Assembly: GCA_010093995.1 (NCBI GenBank)
Contig: ML992509.1
Location: 1,387,850-1,435,814, forward strand
Direction: 5' to 3'
Length of the DNA stretch: 47,965 nt
Source: Elsinoe ampelina
Lineage: Eukaryota
Position 1 is the stretch's first letter. Each line of letters starts with the position of its first letter. The notes below the pieces were generated by a model. That model saw nothing but the letters and a program-made list of their open reading frames with translations, had not been told where the DNA came from and searched no databases. Shown here one piece after another: positions 25,123 through 37,258 of this stretch. Both the position numbers and the translations under genes were made by a program.

Positions 25123-27283
25123 TCATGACGCATTAGGTATCACCATAGTTTTGTCTTGATATACGCTGCCATCAGGGTCAGCGAACAGTACTTGATCACC
25201 CTTCCCACCCATGCGAACGAACTCTTCAGGCATTCGCGAATGTGCAGGCGTCTTTTCGACACCATTGCCATTCAACTGCTCGTTCTTCTCGAAGATCTTC
25301 ACGCTGGGTGCCTCCGCCTTCTGAGAAGCCTCAACCGTCTTGGTGATCTGAACGTCGTTGATGGCACTCAAGAGTGTGCGTTCTCGGTGTGGCTTTCTTG
25401 ATGAGAAGTCGAGATTTCCCAAAGCGCCGGTCAGCCCGTCGGTGCTCTCGAAACTCGCACCACCTGGGTTCTTCACTCCATCTTTGCCAGGAGGACCATC
25501 GACCCTTCCGGTCGTCCAAGGATGTTCTAAGCAGCCCTCGACCGAGATACGCTTTTCAACATCCACTGTCAACATCTTGTCGATCAAGTCCAAAGCGGGA
25601 TCCCCGACGCTGTCCCAGTAAGGGGATGGGTAATCGAAACGACCCATCTTGATCTGCTGTGAAAGCGTGTATGGATTGTCACGTGTGTAGAGCTCGTCAC
25701 TGAATGGAGGGAAGCCGCAGAGACAGATGTAGAGCACCACTCCAAGCGACCAGATGTCGACCGCACGTGTGTATCGTCTCCTGTTACCAGGCTCCAGAAT
25801 CTCCGGTGCCACGTAGGACGGTGTACCACAAAGTGTTGTAGTGAAGGACTCTTCGCCAATGATCTTTGCGAGGCCAAAATCGGCCACCTTGACGTTGAGC
25901 TCCTTGTCTATCAATAGTATGTTTTCCGGCTTGATGTCGCGGTGCACAATGTTCCTCTCATGCTGGTGGTCCGATCAGCTCATAGTACGCGATTGGACGC
26001 AAGCTTGCACTGTACTTACAAGATACTTCACGCCTTGAAAGAGCTGGACGAATATTCTTCTCGTGTCTGCTTCCGACAACCTCCCCTTCAGAACGATCCA
26101 ATTGAACAGCTCGCCTTCTGGAGCCAGTTCCAGAACGAGATATACCCCATCAGATTCGTTGAAAGTGTCCTTGAGACACAACATGTTGGGGTGGGACACT
26201 GACATGAGGACGGCGATCTCCTGCTGAAGACCATCGATCTTACTCTTGTCTTCTGCGGCATTGTGTCCCCGCACTCTTCTTTCAAAGTGCTTGACCGCGT
26301 AACGCATGCCAGTACTTTTCTCTGTACAAAGGTAGACTGTAGCGAAGTGTCCCTTCCCGAGTGCAGTTTCGATGTTGTATTGCTGTCGGAAGCCATTCGT
26401 CTCTCGTCTCCGTGGATAGCGGAAGACAAATCGTGCAACGTCGAGAATGGCGATTTCGTCCCCATCATTGAGCTCGCGCCTCTTGTTTCGACCAACGTAG
26501 CCATCATTGACAAAGGTGCCGTTGCCGGAGAGATCCTCCACTACTGCTATGCTGTCGCCAAGCTTATTCTCACTGAAAAACAGACAGTGACGATTGCTGA
26601 CAGTGGGGTCACTGATGATTCGATCTTGTGTGATCAGCGCGGTCGTCCCAAAGGCTGCAAGGTGGCACTTACCGCATTCCGGATGCCTACCTAGAAGGTA
26701 TCCACCAGCAGGTACCTCACCCACCTTTGCCTTCTCGAAGCTGTCTTCCTGCTTGCGGTATTCCTTCTTGGCTACCCGATGCTTTCCGTCTGTTCTTCCG
26801 GTCTTCTCCATTGGCATCGGGCATGCCGACCTCCGCTTCAGGACCAGCGTTTCGTGTGTCCCAGACTTATTGTCGAGCGGTATGAGATAACCCCAAACCC
26901 CCTCACCCTCTTCATCGTGCACTTCATAGCTGTAGGGAGCGGGTGTCATAAATTGGCTGAAAGGTTGCGTATCGGAGGGGGGAGAATGCAGTTGCGAAGG
27001 GCCTCGTGGTGATGTAGCCTCGGGTGTCTTGATCATGGGTACAGCTGGCGGACTGTTGGATACTCGATCGATGGAGTGGTCGTTGCCAGTCACTGGTGAC
27101 GGTAGATGAGCGAGGTTCTGTCCATTTTGACTAGAGAGGCGTTCGCTGCGTCGGGGCTTCTTCATGGAGTCGGCATTGTCCAACGATCCCTGCAAAGCGT
27201 AAGTCCTTCGAGTCTCGACCTGGCTTTATGGTCAAACTCACCCTCGCACGCTTGAGAGTGCTCTTCTCGGGTACGGGAGGCAT
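25123..27283 (-). CDS. CHK2: Checkpoint kinase of the Chk2/Cds1 family (FHA plus Ser/Thr kinase; introns 27190-27241, 26625-26672, 25963-26019)
   Basis: FHA motifs GRHPECD, SNRH and DLSGNGTFVN. Kinase motifs LGKGHFATV, HRDIKPEN, DFG, TTTLCGTPSYVAPE and DIWSLG. N-terminal SQ/TQ sites (SDTQPFSQF). Confidence 0.93.
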
Positions 27284-27462
27284 GTTCGAATTTCTTCGAT
27301 TGCAGCAAAGACGTCACTCGTGGCAGATGTACAATGACAATGTGTAGGTGTTGTTGGATGATCAGGCCGGTGGTTGTCTCAGGGCATGGAGCTCATCGGG
27401 GATTGTGCGTCGTGAAGAGCGCTTTGTCCAACGCGGGCGTGTAAATTGATATGTTCAAGGGG

Positions 27463-27512
27463 ATGTGTAGCAGTGTAGAGAGGGTATGTGTAGCAGTGTA
27501 GAGAGGGTATGT
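27463..27512 (+). repeat. 23-bp tandem duplication (ATGTGTAGCAGTGTAGAGAGGGT x2, plus 4 nt)
   Basis: Two perfect copies at 27463-27485 and 27486-27508 in the CHK2/ATG10 intergenic region. Confidence 0.9.
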
Positions 27513-27782
27513 AGAGTGCCAGCGAACAAGCACGTTATGGAACAAGCTGAAGCTTAGCGATCAAGTTCACAATCGACCGAATCGAGCACGGATCCACAGT
27601 TCTTGATCACGGTCGCGATCAAGGCCGAAATTGATGACCCCACAAAATCTATGTAAGTTACCACAGGAGCTGCCATGAAGTCATCGCAGTACACTGAAAA
27701 GTAACACGTTCTTGTCGCAAGCGAGGACAGCAGCCAGCCAATTCATCGGCTCGACCAAGTGCCACTCGGTTGTGCTGATCTC

Positions 27783-28450
27783 ATGGTGCAGGATCGGCTC
27801 ACAATATCGCGAGCAGATTTCCATCAAGCTATCAGCAAATTCCAAGCGCTGTGCGAAGCGTCCAAGGACATTCACTGGTCCCGTCTGCAGATTATAGAGG
27901 TTTGGCATCCTGGTAAATCTTCATTCCACGAGCTTATTCTGGTACAGTCACACGGCGCGAAAGGGTTGAGTTTGTCTATTGCGGTCGAGCGTACAGGTTC
28001 CATTGACGACTACGGAGGTGAAGAGGATGTCACCGAAGCCGACGATGCAGAAGCAGTCGTGCCCACGCGAGGCAACTCGAATTCCCCCATGAGGTACGAC
28101 ATTATCCGCTCGGAATCGTACGAAGTGCCGGTCTTGTACATCCACAGTCCTCGTCTTGGAGATTTTTGCGATCTGATGGCGTCTCATCGGGACATGCGGC
28201 CAGAAACTCCTCTATCCTATACGGTGAAACCCTCCCAATCAAACCTTCCATCCCAAACTCATGTATGTAGGATCATCCTTGGTCTAACACGCCTGTCTTA
28301 TTCGTCCACCCTTGCCGTACCGCAGAAGCAATCTTCCACGTGACAAGAGGTGAGGCGCAGGATCCACTGGGGTATCTGATAGCTTGGCTGGGATTGGTCG
28401 GTGGAGGTGTCGGCCTTCAACTACCAGCTTCAGTAGTAGCTGCTGCATGA
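27783..28450 (+). CDS. ATG10: Autophagy E2-like conjugating enzyme Atg10 (intron 28224-28270, probable intron 27900-27947; start codon uncertain)
   Basis: YDIIRSESYEVPVLY, and after splicing DHPWSNTPVLFVHPCRT (catalytic HPC) and YLIAWLGLVGGGVGL. Confidence 0.85.
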
Positions 28451-28479
28451 GTGTCGTTGCACGATGCACACTTCGTGCC

Positions 28480-29106
28480 TCAATCATCGTCGCTCTCGTC
28501 CATTGGCGCATCGTCCATGTCCATCGGTGCCCCTTCATCCTCGTCTTCGCTCTCTTGTCTTGACCTCTTGACACCCTGGCTTACGGGCGTGGCGGCGTCC
28601 GAGGGACTCGCGGCATTCATCGCGCTTAGTGAAGGTGGAGGTCCCAGTGAAGCCTGGGTCGGTCCAGAAGAGTGCGTGCCTGGCGGTCCAGCAAAGATAG
28701 ACCTTTGAGTCTCGGTGACCTGGACCTCAGAAGGCGCAGATGGCTGCTTGTACGTGCCATCGAGTTTGGCGAGTGTGTCCGACTTTGACTTCGCATAGGA
28801 GATTTGCTTAATTGATCAGTATCCTCCGTGGCCTTGGAAGAGGGGAATGCTCACCATGGATTTGCCAAAGAAATCTTGATTGTTGAGGTCGCGCAGAGCT
28901 TGTGTACTCGCTAGCTTGTCTCGAAAGAGAACATGAGCCTGTCCTCGCATCTTGCTGGTTTTCAATGCCACAATGTCCAGAACCGGTCCATAGGTGGTGA
29001 ATAACATGTAGAGCTCCCGTTTTAGATCCTCCTTCTGCAGCTTATCGGGAAGATTGCGGCAATAAAGTGTTTCGTTTGCTCCGACGGGAAATCCATCGCC
29101 GTTCAT
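28480..29106 (-). CDS. U1A/U2B''-family snRNP RRM protein (intron 28807-28854)
   Basis: NETLYCRNLPDKLQKEDLKRELYMLFTTYGPVLDIVALKTSKMRGQAHV..FFGKSMQISYAKSKSD is a typical U1A/U2B'' RRM1. Acidic tail ends DESDDD. Confidence 0.9.
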
Positions 29107-29340
29107 GTTGGCGGTGGTGCTCAAATGTTGTTGTTGCGAGGAAGTTGCAGGGTGTGCTGGAGGTATAATAATAAGAAGCCAAAATTTCCATTTCCGCCCG
29201 CAAGGTTTCACAGTCGTCGTCACCCCGCAGCTGGCTTGGCAGCGGTGAGCTTCATCACCTCAGGCGCCGAAGTTCCACAACGATCTCGATTCTTTCAATA
29301 CATAACATCATCCTTGACAGTTGAGAGTCTCCTGTCCACG

Positions 29341-30499
29341 ATGGCACCTCCTCAAGTACTCCATCTCTTTCATCATCCTATCGCCGACCACTGCTTCACC
29401 GCCGACCGGGCTGGCCTGGCTGTAGCTCGTGACAACAATGTGGAGCTGTACAGTGTCAAAGGATCTCAATTTTCACTGCAAGATGAATTGAGAGGTCACG
29501 ACAAAACTGTGACCGGAGTCGACATTGCACCGAACTCTGGCAAGATCGTCACCTGCTCTCAGGATCGCAATGCATACGTGTGGGAGCCGACTTCTGATGG
29601 GACCTGGCGGCCGACGCTGGTTCTCCTTCGCATCAATCGAGCCGCAACATGCGTCCGATGGAGTCCTTCAGAGACAAAGTTCGCTGTCGGAAGTGGCGCA
29701 AGGATTGCAGCAGTGTGTTATTTCGAGGAGGAGAATGACTGGTGGGTGTCCAAACACCTCAAGAAGCCATTGAGGAGCACGGTATCGGCTCTGGCCTGGC
29801 ACCCAAACTCAGTTTTGCTGGGAGTCGGCAGCACTGATGGACATGCTCGGGTTCTAAGCGCCTTCATCAAAGGTGTTGACCAGCGACCCGAGCCTAGTGT
29901 TTGGGGTGAACGTCTTCCTTTCAACACTGTCTGTGGCGAATTTCTCAACTTGACGGCGGGCTGGGTCAAGAGTGTGGCCTTCAGTCCTTCCGGCAACGCT
30001 TTGGCTTTTGTCAGCATGGATTCCACCATCACTGTGGCTTACCCAGCTGGAGAGGCACAGCCCCCGAAGGCTGTCGTCAGCATCAGTACCCAGGCTCTGC
30101 CTTTTGCTGATCTTCTGTGGTTGTCGGAGGGTGAAATTGTGTGTGCCGGCTACGTAAGTGTTCCCGCTTTCCAAGAGCGCCGGCTGGCTTGACTAACGTA
30201 CTCAGGATTGTGCTCCCTTGCGCTTCACTGGTTCAGAGGCTGGCTGGGAGGTTGTCGGCTCTCTTGATCCTTCATCCTCCTCTACGACATCTACGCTGGG
30301 TAGCTCTGATCGCGAGGAGTCGGCCTTGAACATGTTCAAACAAATGGACCTGAGGGGCAAAGTAAAAGACGATACTCAATTGAAGACGATTCACCAGAAC
30401 ACTATCAACACGATCCGACTGCACACAGGTCAAGCAGGTCACGTGTCAGCGGTATCGACCAGCGGGGTAGACGGTCGGGTTGTGGTGTGGGAAGTTTAG
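29341..30499 (+). CDS. ARC40: Arp2/3 complex WD40 subunit (ARPC1) (intron 30154-30205)
   Basis: IVTCSQDRNAYVW, PTLVLLRINRAAT, YFEEENDWWVSKH, HQNTI and STSGVDGRVVVW. Confidence 0.95.
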
Positions 30500-30594
30500 T
30501 TAGGAGAGATGGTAGAATTGAGGCTAGAACGAATCGCACAATAATACATCACACAACTAATAAGAAATCGACCTTGGTGTCAGCCGCCTGTTGA

Positions 30595-32612
30595 CTATGT
30601 CCGAGGGGCCCTCCAGCCAATCCGTCGCCTTCTTCCGGGGAAAACAGCCGTCGCTGAGGATCCATCAGGACCAGGAGCAGTGATCGAGCTTTGACCGCAA
30701 CAATCGCAGACATCTTCGCCTGGCCAGAGGGGCTCGTGATCAGCGAGCAAAGGTTGCGGCCTTTGCAGCGCGCATGGCACAGATGTAAGTCCCGGGCCAT
30801 GACTGACGTCTCCGATAGGTGGTGCCGCAGAGGTTGCGTCTGGTCGCCCATCGATCTCGCCCTTCAAGAACATGAAGTCGTTGTAAGGCCGACCATCGCG
30901 CTGGAATGCAAAGGGGGCGACCAGGTGACGGTCGTAGCCCTTCGTGCTCTGGCCAACTTGCACAACCCTTTCGAAGTCGTTGATGTCGTCAGGCCAGATA
31001 GCTAGGCGCCATTTGCGAGACATGATTGGGAGACGCGCTCGAATTTGGCCCAACTCAAGCCTACGCTGGCCGGTCAGGCCGTGGTACCACCGGTCGAACA
31101 TGTCAACGTTGCAGCACGTGCATTCAACATCAATTCCTCGCCAGGAGCGTGTCTGCTTTGTGCCAGCATGGAGCGCCAATTGCGATGGACAGCATGTACT
31201 GGTCTCTTGGGTATTCGACAGCTCGCGCATCTTGTTTCGGTACCTCTAAGCTCACCGTGTGTTGTCCCTCTGACACTCGTTGCTAGCCGATCAGGCTGTT
31301 GGCGCTCGATTGGCGGCGATCGATGTCTTACGGTGTCTTGCTCCCGATGCTCGACCGCCCTATTCACGAACCCTCGAATCTCCGCCGGAGCTCGATTTGC
31401 CCCATCCGCTTGGGTAGAATTGACATTGGAGTCGCGCCTGTGGTCGTTTGGAAGGTGCATTATTGCGCTGGTATTGGTCGTGTTCTCAGACCCGCCCGCC
31501 GAACCACTCGACACATGATCTATCCGCATAATCTGTCCCTGCTCATCGGGTCCTGCGACTCCTGCGACCCCACTGCTAGTAGACCCGGCTGGCCTGCCCT
31601 CCCCACTGCCAATGTGAGACATGACTTCCGGAGCTCCTTCCCTTTGAAAGGTCCTGGCCTCCCTATTCATGGGCATGAAAGGCAGGTAAATCGGGGAATT
31701 TTGGCGAGTCTTAGGCCCTTCGCGGCTACTCCTGGGTATGTCGCATTCGTCCGGGCCACTCTCTTCAGATGGATCGAAAGCTACGGGTCGCAGCGTGTTC
31801 AAAGGTCGTAACAAAGACTGGCCAGAGATACGCCGCTCGATGACGACGCTGTCCATAACCCTTCGACCCGCGGATCGGTTTATGTCAGAGACTGACGAGT
31901 CTTCTGAGATGCTACGTGCAATAGCCGCATCGCCATAACCGGATCTGATATCATCGCTATCAGATCCATCGCTAGAGTCAGCCAAGTCATTGGCAGCGGA
32001 AGAAATATCCGCTGAGGCTGCTGTGGTATCCTCTACCGACAGTACAATTCGACGCTCTCGGGTCGAAGCGAGTGTTATCACTCCAACAGAGTCTGCAGGA
32101 GCAGGCTCATACTCCTCGGTCCACTCAGCGTCTCGCATGTGGGCAGCGGGCTTTCGGGAAAGTCGCCGTGCTGACTTTGCTCGAGCAGCGGACGCAGCCG
32201 GGACGACACCTCGGATCAGCGTTGCTCTGGAATTACGACCTGCTGACGGATTTGCTGGAGACGTGTCAGACCTGGATCCCTGCTGGTCGGCCAACGTCAC
32301 TGGACGTCTGGGCGATTCAGTGCCAAAATGCTCCGACCCGTAGTCCTGGCTACGCTGGGAGGCGACAGCTTCATCTCGCCTGCGTCTTCTAGTCTCCGTG
32401 TCAGTGCAGTCGTACAGGCTTGGGGTCGATCCATGAAGTGCAAGTGGCACTGCTGGCACAGGTCTTGGCCCGTGGTGACCAGCTGATTGTGGTGACTTGC
32501 TGTTGCTGAATAAATCATGTTCCAGACTCGCGCTGCTCGAGCGGCGGCGTTTACGACCCGTGAGCCGCCTGCGGTTCAGTATTGGTAGTTTCCCCTGCAG
32601 CTTTCCAGTCAA
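30595..32612 (-). CDS. Hypothetical lineage-specific protein; gene structure uncertain
   Basis: 512-aa S/R-rich low-complexity ORF 31074..32612 and overlapping ORF 30595..31230 with Cys pairs (CTCC..WYHG, VCDCC). A possible intron at 31206-31255 (GTGAGC..AAG) would join them. The true start is probably further upstream. Confidence 0.4.
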
Positions 32613-33348
32613 GGTGCTGGGGCCTGGCGTGGGATTTCTGCTGCCAGAACCCTGCGGCTCGAATTCCGGAGCTTGGTTACCTGTTGCCTACTCATCTGTC
32701 AGAGAAGGTCGTTTCTGACATATATCTATCACTCACGGTGCGGACGACGGGGGTGTAGTCCCTTCTCGGCTCCCGCCCCACAAAGACAGAGGAGAGTCTG
32801 CCAGACGGACGGCCATGCAAATCCACGAAATGAGTACCGGCTATGGCCTGCCTAGCCCGCTCATTCATGGCTCCAGTGGCCATGGCAACAAACAGGAACA
32901 ACCAGGACGACCCCGGACGACGGATGAGCCTGCTACAACGATCTTGATGAGGCAGTCAAGTTGGCGCGAGACTGACGCGCTCGACCGCGTCGACACTCGG
33001 TAGTGGACAGGGTAGTTCAGGTGGTCGGGCATCATCACATCTGCTAAACTCGATCAAGGATAGTCGTCGCGGCGGAATGCCCTGCAATTTTGGCCGAGAG
33101 CGCTAGCTGTCCTGCTCATTCGAACCCTATCATCAAGCTTGAATGACCCAAGTGGCTCCGCTATGCGAGCACCAGCCCTCGAGGAGCCTCCAGACTCGTC
33201 GTGATAGGTCCTCGTCCTCGGCTCTGTTGACTGGAAGCCCAGGGTACTGCAGCGTATGCTCATGCTTGGAACAGCTTGGCAGGGATCACTCGTATCCAGC
33301 AATATGCAAAGATTTTGTTGAGCTGCGGTGGGCCAGCCCCTGAATTCC

Positions 33349-33448
33349 NNNNNNNNNNNNNNNNNNNNNNNNNNNNNNNNNNNNNNNNNNNNNNNNNNNN
33401 NNNNNNNNNNNNNNNNNNNNNNNNNNNNNNNNNNNNNNNNNNNNNNNN
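33349..33448. other. Assembly gap (100 N)
   Basis: Run of N; a round length of 100 suggests a placeholder of unknown size. Confidence 0.98.
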
Positions 33449-34141
33449 CGCGCTTACCGGTAGTGCATGCATGCCGGACCGCACCTTGAGGTGTACCCTG
33501 ACGTGGTTCGACGAAATTGGGGAAATCCCTGCGACTACACATCATCCGATCTCGATATCAGGATCCAGTCTTCTATTTTCCACATGCTTCAGCTGATGAC
33601 CTACATCTCTCATGTTCATCAGCATCGGCAAAAAAGAAATAAACTCGCTTCGACCGGGATCTCCGCCCCGCCATTTCTTTTTCCTCGTTGTGGGCCCTGA
33701 GCAATTTTAAACCCTGGCCGCCCAGCCTGTCCTACAAGCGATACATGAGTCGACCACGCTCGCAATGTGCTCGCCGCCTGCCTCTTCTGTCAGGTTGCCC
33801 CTGCTGCATATGTAAGGAGCCTGCACAGATGCTACACAATTTGCCTCTAACGACGGCGTCGGGCGGCGCTTGCTTCAGGTGGCTGGGGAAATGCTGGCGA
33901 AATGTGGGCCGTCTCGCCTTGCAGCGCTGTGTGTTGAGATCAGGAAGGCTGGTTCAGCAAGATGGTCAGAGATGAAGTTGGGCCGAGCACTTGCTTCTCG
34001 TAGACCACCTCCTGGCCGGTCTTACCTGGTCGATTTTCGTCGCCCTCCTTCCGCGGTCAAGCTGCTCGTAACACCACGCTACTCGGCCAGAATTTAGTCA
34101 GTATTGCGCGAGCACGATCTGTGTAGTATACCGAGAACAAC

Positions 34142-35866
34142 ATGGCTTCAGATCTTAGGCCAATTCAGAAACTGAACAAATATTTGGGGTTGCCGTCCGA
34201 GCCTCCGACACCTCGTCCGGCGCCTGGCATCAGTAAACATCGAAGGGACAAATACATGCAGATTTGCTATCCACTGTCCACCCGGCCAAGTCCGATGGCC
34301 ATCTTGTACATGTACTGGATGTGGGACATCAACACTTTCAGCCAGTACTGTCCATGGCTTGTCACTGGAAAGAAGCTCTGCATTGGCACAACCTGGCTCC
34401 TTGTTCAGAAGGATTTCCTGGATATATTTTTCAAGGCGAAGAAGAGCAGATACCGCAGAGTCACTCATAAAAGGCTTTGGTACCACGCTCTGCCCCGTAG
34501 TCCGTATCGTCAACTGTTCCCCACCGTACATCACGCTCAGCAAGCAGATACAGCACGAGCGACAGCATCTGCAGGCACGACATCAGCTGATGTTCAGTCG
34601 CCACTTGACCGAGACATGCAAAGTCCTAGCACTGCACATGATCAACATAATGGGACTAGACAAGTTTGCGGGCCTCGATTGTCGCCGGACATATCCAGTC
34701 CAACTCGGCCGCCTCTAGCGAGTCCACCTCTTTCTCCGGATACAGTCTCGAGGGATTTGGAGCGAAAGCGCAAGTCTCAATCGATCGATGATGTTGATAC
34801 CTTATGCGACAAACATCTCAAGAAACGTAAACGCCAGCCTAGCACTCCTGGGGCATTGTCGGATCAGACCGGTGACCCTGTCGCTGTCCAGAAGGGGCGG
34901 AAGGTCTACATCGACCTCACGCAAGACGACAAACCTATCAACACGAATGTCAACCGAAGCGGGAGCAAGTTGAACTCCACAAAATCGAAGCCAGTCAACA
35001 GTAATCTCCAGCTATCTAAGATATTTGTGATCGCCAATCAACCTGCAAGCCTGTTGCCGCCGCCGCCACCATCAAAGAGACGGCAACCAATTCAGGCGGG
35101 CTGTCATGATACTGCGTCTGCAGACTATCTGACGTCCCCGCAAGGCAATGACGTTCAGATCTCCGAGGAAGCGCAACGAAGTACCCCTTCCCGTAGTATG
35201 CCTGTGGTCCATGATAAGCGTTTGCCGGGAAAGGGGACATGGGCAGGCGGCCGATCTGGCCATCGTGGCCAGACTGAGCCTCCACGACATTCAGTACGCC
35301 CATCTCCTGCTACCAGTTTCACCCGTAAACGGCATAACCAGCTATTTGCTGCCTCTTCGCCGATGACACCCACCGAGGGCTGCGGCTTAGCGAAGAATAG
35401 TCCCGACACGGAACGTCATGATGTGCATTCAACCAGGATCATTCGTACTGAAACGTCCTCTCAGCATGGAGGGCTCGTCACCAACGTACGGCCCAAATGC
35501 CTCACGGGAAGCAACACAGAGCCACTGGGAACTCGATCACGTGCCCGAGGACCAGTCGCCATGGAGGGACCTCTGCAGGAAACTTCGCCAAGCAAGGCCA
35601 CAAGTGACGCAGTCCCAAGCATGGGGTCACCGCGACAAGCTAGTATCTCTACGGCTAATCATGTCGCAAGTACCCCTTCAGTCACGTCGGCACGATCTGC
35701 AACGTCCATCGACAGCGGTAAGCAACCTCGACCCATCCCAGCACCCAACCAATTCGCACTCCGCCCCGAACTGATGGATCCTGAGTCATGGGGCCGCAAA
35801 AAGGTGTTTCAGAAGCGAAGGCAGTCAGTCGTAGTGAAGCAAGAAGAGTTTGAGGATGGCATGTAG
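34142..35866 (+). CDS. Hypothetical orphan protein with an aromatic-rich N-terminal domain and a long disordered S/P/T/K-rich region with NLS-like motifs
   Basis: 574-aa uninterrupted ORF from ATG, with basic clusters RKRKSQ and KKRKRQ. No family recognised. Confidence 0.65.
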   Translation: MASDLRPIQKLNKYLGLPSEPPTPRPAPGISKHRRDKYMQICYPLSTRPSPMAILYMYWMWDINTFSQYCPWLVTGKKLCIGTTWLLVQKDFLDIFFKAKKSRYRRVTHKRLWYHALPRSPYRQLFPTVHHAQQADTARATASAGTTSADVQSPLDRDMQSPSTAHDQHNGTRQVCGPRLSPDISSPTRPPLASPPLSPDTVSRDLERKRKSQSIDDVDTLCDKHLKKRKRQPSTPGALSDQTGDPVAVQKGRKVYIDLTQDDKPINTNVNRSGSKLNSTKSKPVNSNLQLSKIFVIANQPASLLPPPPPSKRRQPIQAGCHDTASADYLTSPQGNDVQISEEAQRSTPSRSMPVVHDKRLPGKGTWAGGRSGHRGQTEPPRHSVRPSPATSFTRKRHNQLFAASSPMTPTEGCGLAKNSPDTERHDVHSTRIIRTETSSQHGGLVTNVRPKCLTGSNTEPLGTRSRARGPVAMEGPLQETSPSKATSDAVPSMGSPRQASISTANHVASTPSVTSARSATSIDSGKQPRPIPAPNQFALRPELMDPESWGRKKVFQKRRQSVVVKQEEFEDGM

Positions 35867-36202
35867 GAGACAGGGCAGAGGACGTAGACATTATTACCGT
35901 TAACACACGCATAGTTTGAGTGCTCCGACTGCTTCAAAAAATGGTTCGGAACCCCGAAAGAATAGCACTTTCCCCACTCAAATACGTGTGTAAGGCGACA
36001 AGTTTTAGTATTACTTGATACTTGACACTGGTATGATCGAACAGCCGTACAGTTCGTGCATTATGTATCCCTGATTGTTACGAGACGATCTCTACGGCTT
36101 AGCGAGCGCGGAGACATCCACGACCGTTCAATGTGACCTGCCCGACACGACCTGATGATACACTGAATTATCTGATACCCGGCCGTCAATGAATGGTATT
36201 TC

Positions 36203-36847
36203 TCAGAGTCTGCTGGCGAGCACGAGACCGTACCACATTGCCCCGCCCCATCCTATCAGGTTGGACAAGCTTGAGACTCCGTGCAAGATGCCGAACTTCT
36301 TGTTCAGCCTTTGCATCTCCGGGGAATGCGGTCCGGCGTCGTAACTCTTCTTTCCATCTCTTGTTTCTGCCGCAGGTTAGTCACAAAAAGGCAGACAAAG
36401 TCAGGTCACTAGCATACCTTGGTGATGTCTTTGCTTCATGGTCTTTGTGGTGACTGGCCCAAGGACTGCTAGATTGGCCACACTTGTGATGAGCATCGCG
36501 GCGAGTGGAAGAGTGACAGGTAGAACGTTGGAATCTGCAAGTAAGCCGCTCGGTCCAGCATTACTGCGTAGAGAATGACCAGCAGCAGCCACTTGGGTTT
36601 CGCCTGGATATGTCAAGATGGTCAGAGCGGACAATATAGTCTGCAGCCAGAAGAAGACTGGGAAAGTGGTTTGCTGCAGTCTCGAGAACATGGGGCGGGG
36701 AAGCGTCTTGAAGGCTACGGGTCCGGCGATGAACGACTGAAAGAAGGTGGCGCCGAGGAAGGTGCCATATGAAATGATGTGAAAGGCCTTGAAGTCCCAG
36801 GCTATCAGCCCAGATCCTTTGGAGAAGTGGCTCGAGGAAGTCGACAT
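36203..36847 (-). CDS. TMEM205-like (DUF4149) membrane protein (intron 36367-36417)
   Basis: FHIISYGTFLGATFFQSFIAGPVAFKTLPRPMFSRLQQTTFP and LGPVTTKTM; spliced exon ETRDGKKSYD..LNKKFGILHGVSSLSNL. Confidence 0.88.
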
Positions 36848-37258
36848 GCCGAAGTGGATAGGATGGAATTGTTGAAAGACGAAGTCTGGTCAGAGTGGCA
36901 GTTTTGTGTAGTATAGACTCCGACGTCACCACTTGGGGCGTCCCGGCGGAACCAGATCTCAGGGCCTCAGGCACGATCTCGCGGGGGATCTCGGACACTA
37001 CCCAAGCTCATTGGCTGAAGCACAGCTCACCCAGAGCCGCAAAATAACTTTCTCGAGCGGCATCCACGTGCCGAAATAATCTCTCCTCGTGAACATATCT
37101 GGGCGCTTAGCGCTATCGCATGACATTCGGCGTGTTATTTGCCTGTATCAACACTGCCTCTGCTCAAGTCGACCTTGCATCACGCCCTAATTTGTCGAAC
37201 TTCCTGCCGCCCCTTTCATCTCGCCCGCCATTCTCGCGAGCCATTCTAGATCGCCAAA

